Source: Balanoglossus misakiensis (taxonomy: Eukaryota; Animalia; Hemichordata). Taken from it: a stretch of DNA of 64,000 bases. The notes beneath the pieces are model-generated. The model was not told the DNA's origin and did no database searches. It saw only the letters and a list, made by a program, of their open reading frames with translations. The stretch lies in NCBI GenBank assembly GCA_040954595.2, contig CM082584.2, positions 4,964,110 to 5,028,109 of the forward strand. Direction: 5' to 3'. Positions 63,521 to 64,000 of this stretch are shown here, piece by piece (position 1 is the stretch's first letter; each line of letters opens with the position of its first letter). A program made the translations under genes and the position numbers.

Positions 63521-64000
63521 GCAAAGAGGAGAATAAAGCAACTGAGCTAGGGAATGAGGACTTCAAAGGATCCAATGGTTGGCTTGAGTCATTCCGGAAA
63601 CGCCACAACATTGTGTTCGGAAAGATGAGCGGGGAAAGTGGAGATGTGTGTAATGAAGTTGTCTTCGAATGGACAGAGCGCCTACCAACCATCTGTGAAG
63701 GTTACCACCCCAGAGACATTTACAACATGGACGAAACTGGTCTCTTCTTCTGAAGCACGTCGGACATGAGCCTGTACATCAAAGGCGAGGATTGTAGTGG
63801 TGGAAAGAAGTCCAAAGAACGGTTGACTCTGATGTTATGTGCCAACATGAAGGGAGAGAAGGAAAGGCCACTCATCATCGGCAAATCAAAGAATCCCGGC
63901 TGCTTCAAATTCAAGAACATTGAGCCTAAGACTCTCTCAATATCATACTATGCGAACAAGAAGGCATGGATGAAATCGGCTATTTTTGAAGACTGGCTTC
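63521..64000 (+). mobile_element. Tigger/TIGD-like transposase relic (CENP-B HTH and DDE_1), running off the window
   Basis: FKGSNGWLESFRKRHNI...IYNMDETGLFF*...GGKKSKERLTLMLCAN.KGEKERPLIIGKSKNP...YYANKKAWM; in-frame TGA at 63751. Confidence 0.85.

Overview
AT-rich, intron-containing animal genomic DNA. It is most likely an invertebrate deuterostome such as a hemichordate or echinoderm, inferred from gene style and repeat content and not proven. Four protein-coding genes can be rebuilt from splice sites and phases. (1) The 3' end of an ERCC6L2 helicase gene (+, 1-2349). (2) A complete GluN3/GRIN3-like NMDA receptor subunit gene (-, 6873-38706, 10 coding exon positions, 18.7-kb first intron). 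(3) The 3' 14 exons of MSH2 (-, 46588 to beyond 61520). (4) An intronless RING-BB-CC-filamin-NHL TRIM gene nested on the same strand inside an MSH2 intron (53908-56124). Introns carry many MITE-like elements, microsatellites and decayed Crypton, hAT, pogo/Tigger, Merlin and LINE fragments. The most notable observation is a pair of tandem, homologous, same-phase exons (16572-16714 and 15898-16049) in the GluN3-like gene. Both encode the S2 ligand-contacting helix-F segment and cannot both be included in frame, so they look like mutually exclusive exons that swap the residue governing glycine versus glutamate selectivity. The rest of the pocket mixes GluN2 and GluN3 residues. Family assignments come from recalled motifs, not database searches.
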